Shown: piece by piece, positions 23,557 through 35,000 of the stretch
Position numbering within the stretch: the first letter of the stretch is position 1
Layout: each line of letters starts with the position of its first letter
Source: Malacoraja senta
Taxonomy: Eukaryota
DNA length: 64,000 bases
Direction: 5' to 3'
Assembly: GCA_038087875.1 (NCBI GenBank)
Contig: CM075990.1
Location: 3,722,001 to 3,786,000, forward strand
Program-made: the position numbers and the translations under genes
Notes under the pieces: generated by a model
The model's database searches: none
Told to the model about the DNA's origin: nothing
Seen by the model: only the letters and a program-made list of their open reading frames with translations

Positions 23557-25820
23557 TCACACCCCGTAGACACAACCAATTTCTCTCTAAGGAACACCAA
23601 AAAGTCCCCAAACTGCCCCTCCTCTAAGTCAGTAAGAGCACTCTCCCTGCTGCCAAGAATATCCTCGAGAATCGGAATCAATCCTGGCAGATCCTTCCAC
23701 CGCCTATTAGCAGCCTCCAATCTTGTTCTTACAGAGCGGTTTGTTCTGAGAAAGTCTCGAACCACCTCTATCTCACATTCAAGAGACTCGGCCTTGGACC
23801 CTGGGCACTCGGCCAACGCACTTGCACCTGCACCATCAGGCTCCACAACACAACGTTCAAGGTCTCCCTCAGTAATTGAACGCCCAGAGCTCTCCAAAAG
23901 CTCTCCACCCCCACTACCCAAACTTTCCTGTTCACCCTCCCGCTCCTCCAGCAAGCCACCACCCCCAGGATCAATGCCAGGTAAGGGCCCTGAAACCCCC
24001 AACTGCAACAAGCATCCCCCTGCCTGGCTTGGCACCTGCTCACTACCATCACCCACCACTCCCTGGCCTGGGGAAACAAAAACACTGGGCACCCCCCGGG
24101 CCTGGGATACACTGCCACCCCTTGAACCTAAAGGGACCTCACCTTCCGAACTATCCCCGACCTCCACACCACCTATAGCATCCCCACCACTAGCAATACC
24201 CAGAGGCTCTCCTCTTTCTTTTAGCCTCTCCCCTTCCACCTCATCCGGCGATGCAGCACACCCCCCATGACCACCACTGGCACTGATGTGCAGCATAGAC
24301 TGGAACACCACAGCCCCCGAACCACCCCCCTCAGGCCGACTCTGCTCATCCCCCATCTCAGGGGCCCCCCTACCATGGGCACATACCCCATCCTCTGGCG
24401 TTCCATCACCCTCAAGAGGCCTCTGAAACGAGGGGACCTCCTCCGACCCAGAGGACACATCCCCAGGGGAGCTCACCTCACCACCCGATGAGATAACTCC
24501 CTCAGAGGGCCCCTGAAATGAAGGGACAGCCCCCCGCCCAGAGGACACATCTCCAGCGGAATCAACCCCCTCACCTGCCCTAACTTTCGCCTCACGCCCT
24601 TCCTCTTCCTCGCCAGGCCTAGTCCTTTTTACCCCACTAGCATGCGGCGGTACGGTGACCTCCATAAAGGAAGGGTCTTCCACCCCCTCACTACCCCCAT
24701 CCACTATACCACCCGCACACTTTACCATCCCTCCCCCCGTCTGAGTGACCTCATCGCCTTGCTGGGCCACACCAAGCACACTCTGGACCTCACTAGATCT
24801 GACACGCACCCCGTTCTCAGATTGCGTTTTACTCGTTGGATGGCCCTTTGCCTTCTTCTTCCTCGACTTCTTCACCTCCCACTCCCCCCCCCCATCTTTT
24901 TCCTCCCCCTCTCCACCCTCTCCCTCCCCCTCACCATTATCCACCACCACCTCCACAGTCTCAGGACGCAGGGGCCTGAGGCCTTCCCCGCCCCGGGTCC
25001 CCAAGGCAGAACTTTCAGACCCAGATGGCCTATCACTTCCGCCCCGGATCCCCGAGGTAGAGCTAGCCGCCCTAGCCAGGTCAGCAGTGCCAGCCCGCGC
25101 CACCGAGGCATGATGTACCACCCCGGATGGCCCAGCATTGCAATCCTGGGCCACTACGCTAGAACTTCTAGCAATGCCCCTGCGAGAAAGACACTCGTTA
25201 CGGAAATGTCCATATGCTCCACACTCATGACACCGTGCCTTCCCCCAACTCCAATACACGGTTCTATAGAGACCCTGACAATCCACCTCAAAGCTCCCCT
25301 CCTCGCCTTCGCCCTCACCCACCTTCATGAACACCCTCCTCTTAAAACTCAAGATCCCTCTTTCCTCCGGGTCCTCCCCGAGGTGCCTGAGCCTAAAGCA
25401 CTTAGACCTCACCTCCCCAATCGTAGACAGGTGTGGCATAAGTGCAGCATCCGAAATAAATGTGGGGCAACTCCGCAGGAGAACCGGTCTCACCCTCGAT
25501 AACCACGGATCCACCTGTAATTGGATCCCCCCCACTGATATCCCCCTCTCCAACGCCATTTTCACACCCTCCTCGGTCTGCAAAATCATCTCCACCTTGC
25601 CTCTTACAAGCTCGGAAGAGACAACAGCCCGCCCCCCAATAAGGTCATTCACGGCCTTGGTAATTGCACCCCTAGACATCTGGGGCCCAGTTTGGATCGA
25701 GATACCAAACCTGCCCCAATGCAAGTTCACATAAGGCTCATGCTCCACTGTCCTCGCATCCGTCTCTGATGCCGCCACTGCGTAGCTCCGGTTCTTCGGC
25801 CTCGCCTCAGCCTTCGCCAT
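23547..25820 (-). CDS. Tx1 ORF1 (757 aa) with a zinc knuckle
   Basis: ATG start, CHECGAYGHFRNEC (CX2CX4HX4C), basic WEVKKSRKKK patch, long acidic/Gly-rich region. Confidence 0.9.
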   Translation of the reverse strand: MAKAEARPKNRSYAVAASETDARTVEHEPYVNLHWGRFGISIQTGPQMSRGAITKAVNDLIGGRAVVSSELVRGKVEMILQTEEGVKMALERGISVGGIQLQVDPWLSRVRPVLLRSCPTFISDAALMPHLSTIGEVRSKCFRLRHLGEDPEERGILSFKRRVFMKVGEGEGEEGSFEVDCQGLYRTVYWSWGKARCHECGAYGHFRNECLSRRGIARSSSVVAQDCNAGPSGVVHHASVARAGTADLARAASSTSGIRGGSDRPSGSESSALGTRGGEGLRPLRPETVEVVVDNGEGEGEGGEGEEKDGGGEWEVKKSRKKKAKGHPTSKTQSENGVRVRSSEVQSVLGVAQQGDEVTQTGGGMVKCAGGIVDGGSEGVEDPSFMEVTVPPHASGVKRTRPGEEEEGREAKVRAGEGVDSAGDVSSGRGAVPSFQGPSEGVISSGGEVSSPGDVSSGSEEVPSFQRPLEGDGTPEDGVCAHGRGAPEMGDEQSRPEGGGSGAVVFQSMLHISASGGHGGCAASPDEVEGERLKERGEPLGIASGGDAIGGVEVGDSSEGEVPLGSRGGSVSQARGVPSVFVSPGQGVVGDGSEQVPSQAGGCLLQLGVSGPLPGIDPGGGGLLEEREGEQESLGSGGGELLESSGRSITEGDLERCVVEPDGAGASALAECPGSKAESLECEIEVVRDFLRTNRSVRTRLEAANRRWKDLPGLIPILEDILGSRESALTDLEEGQFGDFLVFLREKLVVSTGCEGV

Positions 25821-26295
25821 CCTGACAGAGGCACAACCAGCTCCAATCGCCCCGGCAGCTCAGCTCCACGTTAACTCCTGCAAACAGTCACAGTCAACAA
25901 GTAGCAGAACTCTGAAGCCTCCAGCTACCGCCAGAAAATCCCCAAAGACGGCCACAGCCGACAGCAGCTTTTGGGAAGCTCTATCCCATTCTTTCCGGAC
26001 TCAACAGTACCATCTTCACATTAAACCCGACATCCGCCGGAGCAAAATGCCTTGTTTCCTGTTGCCTCTAACACCATCCACTCTTGGCAGTCCACCAACG
26101 ACAACCGCACCCTCCACAATGGAAAAATATCTCCGGAATGTCCGCCCTTGTGGAGAATTCCTAGAACAGAGAAAAGTTTCACCAGTCCAACAATAAGTTA
26201 GACCATGAAGCCCCTCTGCCTCTGTTCCTTCCCCATCGACAACGTCCTTGAAAAGCTGTTTGAATCCTTCTCAACTGCAGAGCTGAAAAAAAAAA

Positions 26296-26355
<60 letters not shown>

Positions 26356-26426
26356 TGGCTGCAGCCATCGTCTGCTTCGGTGAGGGAAGCAGGTTGGTGA
26401 TTTCAGGTCGAGACCCTTCTTCAGAC

Positions 26427-27270
26427 TGATTGATTGATTGATTGATTTGATTGATTTATTTCTTGTCATTTGAACCTCAAAGAGGCTCAAACGAAACTCC
26501 GTTTCCACAGCCATACAAACAAAACAATTCTTACACGACACACAAACAATTCAATTTACAGAAAAACATCCATCACAGTGAATCTCCTCCTCACTGTGAT
26601 GGAAGGCAAAGTCATTTCTCTCCCCTGCACCATTTTTCTCCCGATGTTGAAGCCCCAGGCGGGCAATGTTAAGTCCCACGGCCGTTGAGGCTGCGCCGGG
26701 CGGTGTACGGCCTCGCTCCGGGCCCAAAGGTCACCAAGTTGGAGCCCCCGGCGGGCGCTGGAATGTCCCGCCGCCATTAAAGACGCGCCGGGCGATTTAC
26801 GGCCCCACTCCGGGTCGTTCCAACCCCGCGACACGGGCAGGAGAAGTTGCGTTGCGGGAGCTCCGGAAAGCGGTCTCTCACCCGGACCCGCGAGCTCCCG
26901 ATGTCACAGTCCACGGGTCTGCAGCTGCAGCTGGAGCTCCGGAGTCGGGCCGCAGCAGCAAGCCACCACCGCTCCCCCACGCTCCGAGGCCGGCCAACCC
27001 CACGATGGCACGTCCGCAGCTCCGCAGGCTCCACGACTGGAGCCCCCAGGTCGTGCCGGTCGGAGGCCGCTCCACGGAGCTACGGACCAACGACAACGGA
27101 GACCCGACAGGGAAAAGGTCGGGTCTCCCGTACAGGGAAGAGATTTTTTTTAAGTTTCCCCCTCCCCCCACATATACACAATTAAAACAGTACCAAAAAA
27201 ATACAAACAACTACATTTAACTAGACAAAAATAAAATAAAAAGACAGACGGGCTGTAGGGGCCGCCGCAC
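26427..27270 (-). mobile_element. Retroposon 'X', copy 2 (copy 3 at 38685-39528)
   Basis: Same element as 16523-17233 but without the internal deletion. Confidence 0.75.
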
Positions 27271-27498
27271 TAATACTTACCACTGACATGGACGTGAAAG
27301 AGCAGTCTCAGAGGAAGACTTCTTGGGACGGTAACTGTGGCAGTACTGAGTCAGACTGCCAGTTCCATAAACAAGCACCTCTGTGTAATGCAAATGTAAT
27401 AGTACACTCCTTCTCAAGAAGAATGGGAGGAACACAACCTTCTCCTAGGGATTGTTTAACCCCTCCAAGTCAAGTCAAGTATGTCGTCATATGCACAA

Positions 27499-27780
27499 GG
27501 GGTGGCACAGCGGTAGAGCTGCTGCCTTGCAGCGCCAGAGACCCGGGTTCGATCCTGCCCTCGGGTGCTGCCCGTGCGTGGAGTTTGCACGTTCTCCCCG
27601 TGACCGCGTGGGCTTTCTCTGACATTCCAAAGACGCATAGGTTTGTAGATTAATTGGCTTCGGTAAAATTGTCAATTGTCCCTAAATGTGTGTAGGACAG
27701 AACTAGTGTGCGGGTGATCGCTGGACGGCGAGGGCTCGGTTGGCCGAAGGGGCCTGTTTCCATGCTGTATCTCCAAGTTT
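27499..27780 (+). mobile_element. V-SINE (copy at ~39757-40038)
   Basis: tRNA head, V domain, gccgaaggggcctgtttcc tail. Confidence 0.85.
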
Positions 27781-28151
27781 AAAAGTAAAGTATGGTGAGG
27801 TGCGGGTACAATGAAAATCCTGCTTGCAGCAGCATCATTAGTGTCACATTGCTGCAGCCAACACATAAACTAGACATCAATTATACATAGATTATGCAGC
27901 CAGAACATATCCTTGTTGCTTTACAGTGGTGATGTGATGAGGCAATTAAGTAGTGTGTTGGCTTGGATTGCAGGTTCTTGCAAAGCTCCTCTGCACAGCC
28001 CCCTTCACTGCCTCCTCTCCCCCCACCCCCTCCCACCCAATGAAGCTTCCAGGGCAAACGAGCCATCTTTAAAACCAATGATGCATTACCACGTCCATGC
28101 ATCGTGGATCAGTCGTCACATGAATCAGCATGTAACCTCCACACTGACTTA

Positions 28152-29356
28152 TGGGGCTGTCCCACTTAGGAGATGTTTCCGGCGACTGTCGGCGACTGTC
28201 ATAGTCGTAGTAGGTCGCCGAAAAAACAGCGACTGGACCCCCCCTACGACAATGTCTACGACAACCTACCACCTAGTCGACGGCAAGCTACCGACAACCG
28301 GCGACCCATTAGGACGTCCACCTACGACCACACACCTACGACAACCTACGTCCACCCTACGACCCTGTTGGCGACAACTGAAGGCAACTTACAACAATTC
28401 AGTCGCCGGTACCTGTCTCTGGTTGACGTAGGTAGTCGCCAATGGAATTCACCTACGTCAGCACCGGTGACAACCCATGTCACCTGGCAACAGCCTACGA
28501 CAGCACCTACGTCAGGAGAAGTCAAGCTTGTCTAGTCAAGTCAAGTCACATTTATTTATATAGCACATTTAAAAAACAACTCTCGTTGGCCAAAGTGCTT
28601 TACATTTGTTATAAGAATAGCACAAACAAAACAAACTACATACATATATACATGTAGCCCTCACTCAGAGGACGTCAGGAAAGGCTTGGGAGTATAGATA
28701 CGTTTTTAGTCTTGACTTAAAAGAGTCGATGGAGGGGGCAGTTCTGATGGGAAAGGGGATGCTGTTCCACAGTCTAGGGTCTGCAACCGCAAAGGTGCGG
28801 TCGTCCCTGAGCTTATGCCTAGACCACGGGATATTCAGCAACCCCAAGTCGGCCGATCTGAGGGGCCTGGAGGTGGAGTGGGGGGTGAGAAGACTTTTTA
28901 TGTAGGTGGGGGCAAGTCCATTGAGGGCTTTGTAGACAGGGAGGAGGATCTTGAAGTTTATACGGAACCGCACAGGGAGCCAGTGGAGAGAGGCCAGGAT
29001 CGGGGTGATGTGGTCCCTTTTTTCGGGTGCCCGTCAGGAGTCTCGCTGCGGCGTTTTGGACCAGTTGCAGGCAGGACAGGGAAGATTGGTGAATGTGTGG
29101 ATGATCTTTTCGAGGTCATCAAACTGGAGGAATTGTTTTATTTTAATATTTTAAAATGAGCTATGCTCATTGGCGTCAAGCCCACTGTCGCCGAAAACTT
29201 TTGAACATTTCAAAATCCAGCGGGGACCAGAAAAACGCTACGATTCTTTGGGCGGCTGAGACTACTCACGACCATACAGGCGACATCCCGGCGACCATGT
29301 GGCGACAGCCTAGTCGCCTGTAGTCGCCTAAAAAATGCCTAAGTGGGACAGGCCCT
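28152..29356. mobile_element. Harbinger-type MITE interrupted by an L2 fragment (copy at ~40410-41613)
   Basis: Termini GGGGCTGTCCCACTTAGG and CCTAAGTGGGACAGGCCCT, TTA on both sides, internal cgac-rich repeats. Confidence 0.7.
28532..29075 (-). mobile_element. L2 LINE 3' fragment (copy at ~40790-41330)
   Basis: FKILLPVYKALNGLAPTYI...LRS...LWNSIP...FKSRLKTYLY; (TTGAC)n tail. Confidence 0.9.
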
Positions 29357-29359
29357 TTA

Positions 29360-29682
29360 GAAACATATAAAATAGGTGCAGGAGTAGGCCTTTGATCTAG
29401 CATCGTCATTCAATATGATCATGGCTGATTATCCAAAATCAGTACCACATTCCTCCTTTCTCCCCTATCCCTTGATTCCTTTAGCCCTAAGGGCTATCTA
29501 TATCCAACTCTCTCTTGAATACATCCAGTGAATTGGCCACCACTGCCTTCTGTGGCAGAGAATTCCACAGATTCACAACTCTCTGGGTGAAAAGGTTTTT
29601 CCTCATCTCAGTCCTAAATGGCCTACCCCTGGTTCTGGACTCCCCCCGACATCGGGAACATTTTTCCTGTATCTAGTCTGTC
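29360..29682 (-). mobile_element. CR1 3' fragment (copy at ~41617-41960)
   Basis: CR1 3' UTR and TQRVVNLWNSLP remnant. Confidence 0.8.
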
Positions 29683-32090
29683 CTATTAGACTTCACTGTG
29701 GAGTTTTACATCTTATAGGGAGAATGTAGGGGTGGTTTAAATAAGGCACTGGGCTCTACTGCAGAAGAGGGAAATTAATAAATGAACCAGATTGGATCGA
29801 CTCTAGAGTCAAGTGTGTTTTATCACCATGTGTCTCGAAATGTCACAATGAAAATCTTACTAGCAGCAGCGCAACAGAGATGGAAGCATAGATAGACACA
29901 AAGTGCTGAAGTAACTCTGCGGGACAGGCAACATCTCTGGAGAGAAGGAATGGGTGACGTTTCGGGTCGAGACCCTTCTTCAGACTCTAAAGTCTGGCTC
30001 TAAAGTCTACTTCTGTACTAAACATAGTACTCTGTAAGCACCATAGAAAAAATAATCGAAACAAATAATAATAGTACTAAAAGACAAAAATAATGCCCCC
30101 AGGTCTATGTAGTTCGGAGCTTACTTGGAGGTTGTCCTGTTCAATAGCTTGATTGATTGATTGATTGATCGATCGATTGATTAATTAATTGATACTTTAT
30201 TATCACATGTGACATGTCACAGTGAAATTCGTTGTTGTTCATACCATGCACAAGGAATGCAAACAGTCACCACCTCAAGGGCGCCGACACCATAATGGGG
30301 CTGTCCCACTGTACGAGCTAATTCAAGAGTTCTCCCGAGTTTCCCCTGATTCGAACTCGGAGGATTACGGTAATAGCCACTTGTAGGTACTCGGGGCTCT
30401 CGTGGACATATTTTCAACATGTTGAAAAATCTTCACGAGTCTTCACGAGCTTACCGCGTTTCCCGAGTACCTGCCATTTGCGTTACGAGCTGCTAAGAGA
30501 CGTCCTCGAGCTCCGACGTACCCGCTACATACATTCTACGTGCTTACCACGAGTTTGATTTTTTTTAAACTCGGGAGAGCTCTTGAATTAGCTCGTACAG
30601 TGGGACAGCCCCTTTACAAAGAAGTCCCCAATTGTCCCTCTTTGCTCTCGGCAGACCCCCACGCCTGGTCCGTTCATTTTCTCGGCGGCCTCTTTGTTCC
30701 TGATGGCTGGAGGGAAGAAGCTGCTGCTGAACTTGGACGTTAAAGTTTTCAGGCTCCTGTACCTTCTTCCCGATGGCAGGGGGTGAAATGAGAGCGTGGC
30801 CAGGCTGGTGTGGGTCTCTGATGATGCTGGCTGCCTTTTTGATGCAGCGACTCCTGTAGATCCCTTCGACGGTGGGGAGTTCAGTACCCGTGATGGACCT
30901 AACACTTCAGGTACGTTTCGCCAATGCAGATGCACAAAGGTTGTGTTCAGTTGTTGCCAGTTCTATCAGCTCTCCATTCTAGAAGCTTCTCATGGGCGGC
31001 ATGTTGGCGCAACGGTAGAGTTGCTGCCTTACAGCGCTTGCAGCATCGGAGACCCGGGTTCGATCCTGACTATGGGTGCATCCAGTCTGTACGGAGTTTG
31101 TACGTTCTCCCCTTAATCTGCGTGGGTTTTCTCCGAGATTTTCGGTTTCCTCCCACACTCCAAAGACGTACAGGTATATCGGTAAATTGGTTTGGTATAA
31201 GTGTAAATTACCCCTAGTGTGTGTAGGATAGTGTTAACGTGCGGGGATCGCTGGTCAGTGCAGACTCGGTGGGCCGAAGGGCCTGTTTCCGCGCTGCATT
31301 TCTAAACTAAACTAAACTAATACTGTTAATTGTATTTCCCGACAAGCATTCATGCCTATGATTGTGATTATGTCTCAAAAAATTATTTTAAAAGTTCTTA
31401 ATTAACTCAGTACAGACAGCACCCGAGGTCAGGATCGAACCCGGGTCTCTGGCACTGTGAGGCAGTAACTCTACCGCTGCGCCACATCTAACTCCCTCTT
31501 AAATATAGCCAATGAACTGGCCTCAACTACCTTCTGTGGCAGAGAATTCTACAGATTCACCACTCTCTGTGTGAAAAATGATTTTCTCATCTCGGTCCTA
31601 AAAGACTTCCCCGTTACCCTTAAACTGTGACACCTTGTTCTGGACTTCCCCAACATCGGGAATAATCTTCCTGCATCTAGCCTGTCCAACCCCTTAAGAA
31701 TTTTGTAAGTTTCTATAAGATCCCCCCTCAATCTTCTAAATTCTAGCGAGTACAAACCGAGTCTATCCAGTCTTTCTTCATATGAAAGTCCTGCCATCCC
31801 AGGAATCAGTCTGGTGAACCTTCTCTGTACTCCCTCCATGGCAAGAATGTCTTTCCTCAGATTAGGAGACCAAAACTGTACGCAATACTCCAGGTGTGGT
31901 CTCACCAAGACCCTGTACAACTGCACTAGAACCTCCCTGCTCTTATACTCTTATGTCATAGCTGATTTCTTGCATCTCTCTCTCTTTTTTTTATTTTATT
32001 TTTTTTTACTTTTCAAAAACTTTATTCAACACACTCAATGATACATCACATCAATACATAATCAAAGATACATTATATCAAACCACATCA

Positions 32091-35000
32091 TTATAGTACA
32101 ACATTACATTCATGATTTATTATACTCTCCACCCCACGTGGTGACCATCGCCCACGGAAGGCCTCCAGAGTCCCCGTGGACACCGCATATTCCCGCTCCA
32201 GGGACACCCGTGCACGGACGTACGCCCGGAAGAGGGGCAGGCAGCCAACTCTCGCCTCACCATCGACCACCCGCTGCCTGGACCCACGAATGGCCATCTT
32301 AACCAGGCCCAGGAGCAAACCGACAGGGAGGTCCCAACCCCCCACTTGGCTCTCCCCACACCCTACCTTATGCCCACACACTAGAATCGTGGGACTAAAA
32401 TGCAACCAGAACTTAAGGAACAACCCCTTCAGATATTGATACAGGGGCAGTAACCTCTCACACTCCATGTATACGTGGAACACGGTTTCTTCCTTGCCAC
32501 AGAAAATACACGCGGCAGACGAACCCGTGAACCGACTCAAAAGTTTATTGCAAACCACCGCTCCGTGCAACAGTCTCCACCCCAGGTCCCCAATGTAAAG
32601 GGGAACAACTCCCTTATAGAAGGACCCCCACCAGGGACCCCCCCCACCATCAGGTGGTAACACCGTCCGCCAAGGTGTGTCAGGACGGGAAACAAAGACA
32701 AGGAGGTGCAGAATGTGCAGGAACATCCTATACAATGTGCGTCTCTTCGCATCACGAAACGGTATGCTGATCATCTCAGAAAGGCGGCTCAGGTTGTGTG
32801 GAGCCGGTTCCCGAGAAATATCCCGGAGCCTTGGCCCGATGAGCAGATCTGACGGAGCAATTGAAAGCTCAGCCAGAACCACTCTAGGCGCTCGCCTCTC
32901 CTCGACACCCGCCATGACTGGGCGAGGACCGGCCACTCCCGCATCCGCACCATCCCCCTCCCCTCGTGGAACAACACGCTGGCTGAAAACAACCAAATTC
33001 CTCACTCTGATCACATCCCGATAGAAAACAGGCAAACCCCTTAGGGCGGGTCTACTGATGCCCGCCACCGGGAGCCGCGAGACCCCCCCTAGGCAACGAC
33101 CACGACGAAAAAAATACGTGGCCAGAGCGTGCCATCTGGGGGGATTCTCTTCATACATATACCTCCGCAGAGTCCTGAGACGGAGAGCCGCCACCTGGGT
33201 ACGCACGCATACCAAGGACTGACCGCCCTCCTCTAACGGGAGACTCAGGACCGCTGCAGAGACCCAGTGCTTCCTATTTCCCCAGAAGAAATCTACCAGC
33301 TTCTTCTGAAGAGCATTTACAAATATGGAAGGTGGTACAAGAGTAGCCAGCCGGTACCATAACATGGAGGCCACCAGCTGATTTATGACCATCACCCTCC
33401 CCCGGAAAGAAAGAACTCCAAGCAAGCCCGACCAGCGACCCAGCCGGGCAACCACCTTCGTCTCCAACTCCAGCCAATTCGCCGGCCAAGCATCCTCAGT
33501 GGGACTCAGGTAAACCCCCAGATAGAGGAGATGGGTTGTGCTCCACACATACCTTTCCATCTCCTCCGGCAGGGAATCCACCTGCCACTGACCCACTAAA
33601 AGACCAGAACACTTACTCCAGTTAATCCTGGCAGAAGATGCAGCTGAGAAAATCTCCTGGCAGTCACGCATCCTCCGCAGGTCACCAGGATCAGTGAACA
33701 TAAGGAGGACATCATCTGCATACGCTGAAAGAACCACCTCCAACCCAGGCCCAGGTAGGGCCAGGCCTGTCAACCTCCTCCGAAGAAGACACAGGAACGG
33801 CTCCACACAGACCGAGTACAACTGACCCGACATGGGGCACCCCTGACGGACCCCCCTCCCAAACTGAAAGGGAGCCAACAACGCACCATTAACCTTCACC
33901 AGGCACTCCGCTGCAGCGTACAGAAGCCGGACCCGGGCCACAAAATGCGGTCCAAATCCAAACGCTTGCAACGTCCCGAATAGGTAATCATGCTCTACCC
34001 TATCAAAAGCCTTCTCTTGATCAAGAGACAGAAAAGCAGCTGACTGACCAGTACCCTGAACTATATGAATCAGGTCCCTAACCAGGTGGATGTTATCCTG
34101 AATGGACCTGCCAGGGACTGTATAGGACTGGTCAGGATGAATCATTTGAGACAGCACAGGGCCCATGCGATTTGCCATTGCCCGTGCAAATACTTTATAT
34201 TCTGTACATAGGAGAGATACCGGCCTCCAGTTCTTCAACAAGCGGAGTTCACCCTTCTTAGGCAGCAAGACAACAACTGCCCTACGCCACGAGAGGGGCA
34301 TCTCCCCGGCCGCCAGACTCTCCCCCAGCACCAACATGTAATCACCCCCCAGGATCTCCCAGAAAGCTCTGACAAACTCCACCGTCAACCCATCCATCCC
34401 GGGTGACTTACCCTTCCTGAGCTGAAACAATGCACAAGTCAACTCCTCCAAAGATAAGGGGCCATCAAGAAGATCGGCCACCTCCCTATCAACTGTCGGT
34501 AGACCCTCCCACAAGTCCTGCTGAGCCTCCCCGTTATATCCCCCTGCGGAGAACAGGGACCCATAAAAGGACCTGACCTCCTCACTGATCCTCTCCGGAT
34601 CAGTGACTGAGGATCCATCATCTGCGAGCAGCTCTACGAGCTGTTTGCAGGCTCCCCTCCCTTTCTCCAAAGAGAAAAAGAAAGGCGACGCTCGGTCCAG
34701 ATCTTGCATCATCTGTACCCGCGCCCTCACGAAAGCACCTCGGGACCGCTCAAGCAGCAGATTCCTCAAGGCTTCCTTCTTCTCCTGAAACTCTCCCCAT
34801 CCACAGGAGTCTTCACCATCCCGACCCAGGCGAGACTCTGCACCCCGTAGCTCCCTCTCAAGCCTCGCGACCGCTGAGTCCCTCCGTCCGGTCGACCCCC
34901 ACGTATACTCCTTACAAAATAGACGAATGTGAGCCTTCCCTACATCCCACCACTGCCTAAGGGAAGAGAAGCCCCTCCGCCCCTCTCTCCACTTCCCCCA

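Larger units (their letters stand above)
19728..26297 (-). mobile_element. Full-length Tx1-clade non-LTR retrotransposon in (TC)n, copy 1, both frames open
   Basis: ~480-nt 5' UTR starting GTG(T)n, ORF1, ORF2, AATAAA (19764-19769) and A-rich tail; flanked by (TC)5 and (TC)26. Confidence 0.95.
17704..29955. repeat. ~12.26-kb tandem duplication, unit 1
   Basis: ORF track and sequence repeat with an offset of ~12,257 (e.g. 19834 to 32091). Confidence 0.95.

Noticed and set aside
24642..25502. 286-aa plus-strand ORF (and its copy at 36898-37758)
   Set aside because: Antisense shadow of the purine-rich Tx1 ORF1; no recognisable motifs
26666..27220. 184-aa ORF in retroposon X
   Set aside because: GC-rich antisense frame, altered in copy 1, no domain signature
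28170..28530. Short recurring ctacgac motifs resembling an array
   Set aside because: Irregular sub-terminal repeats of a Harbinger MITE; no repeat-spacer periodicity, so not CRISPR-like
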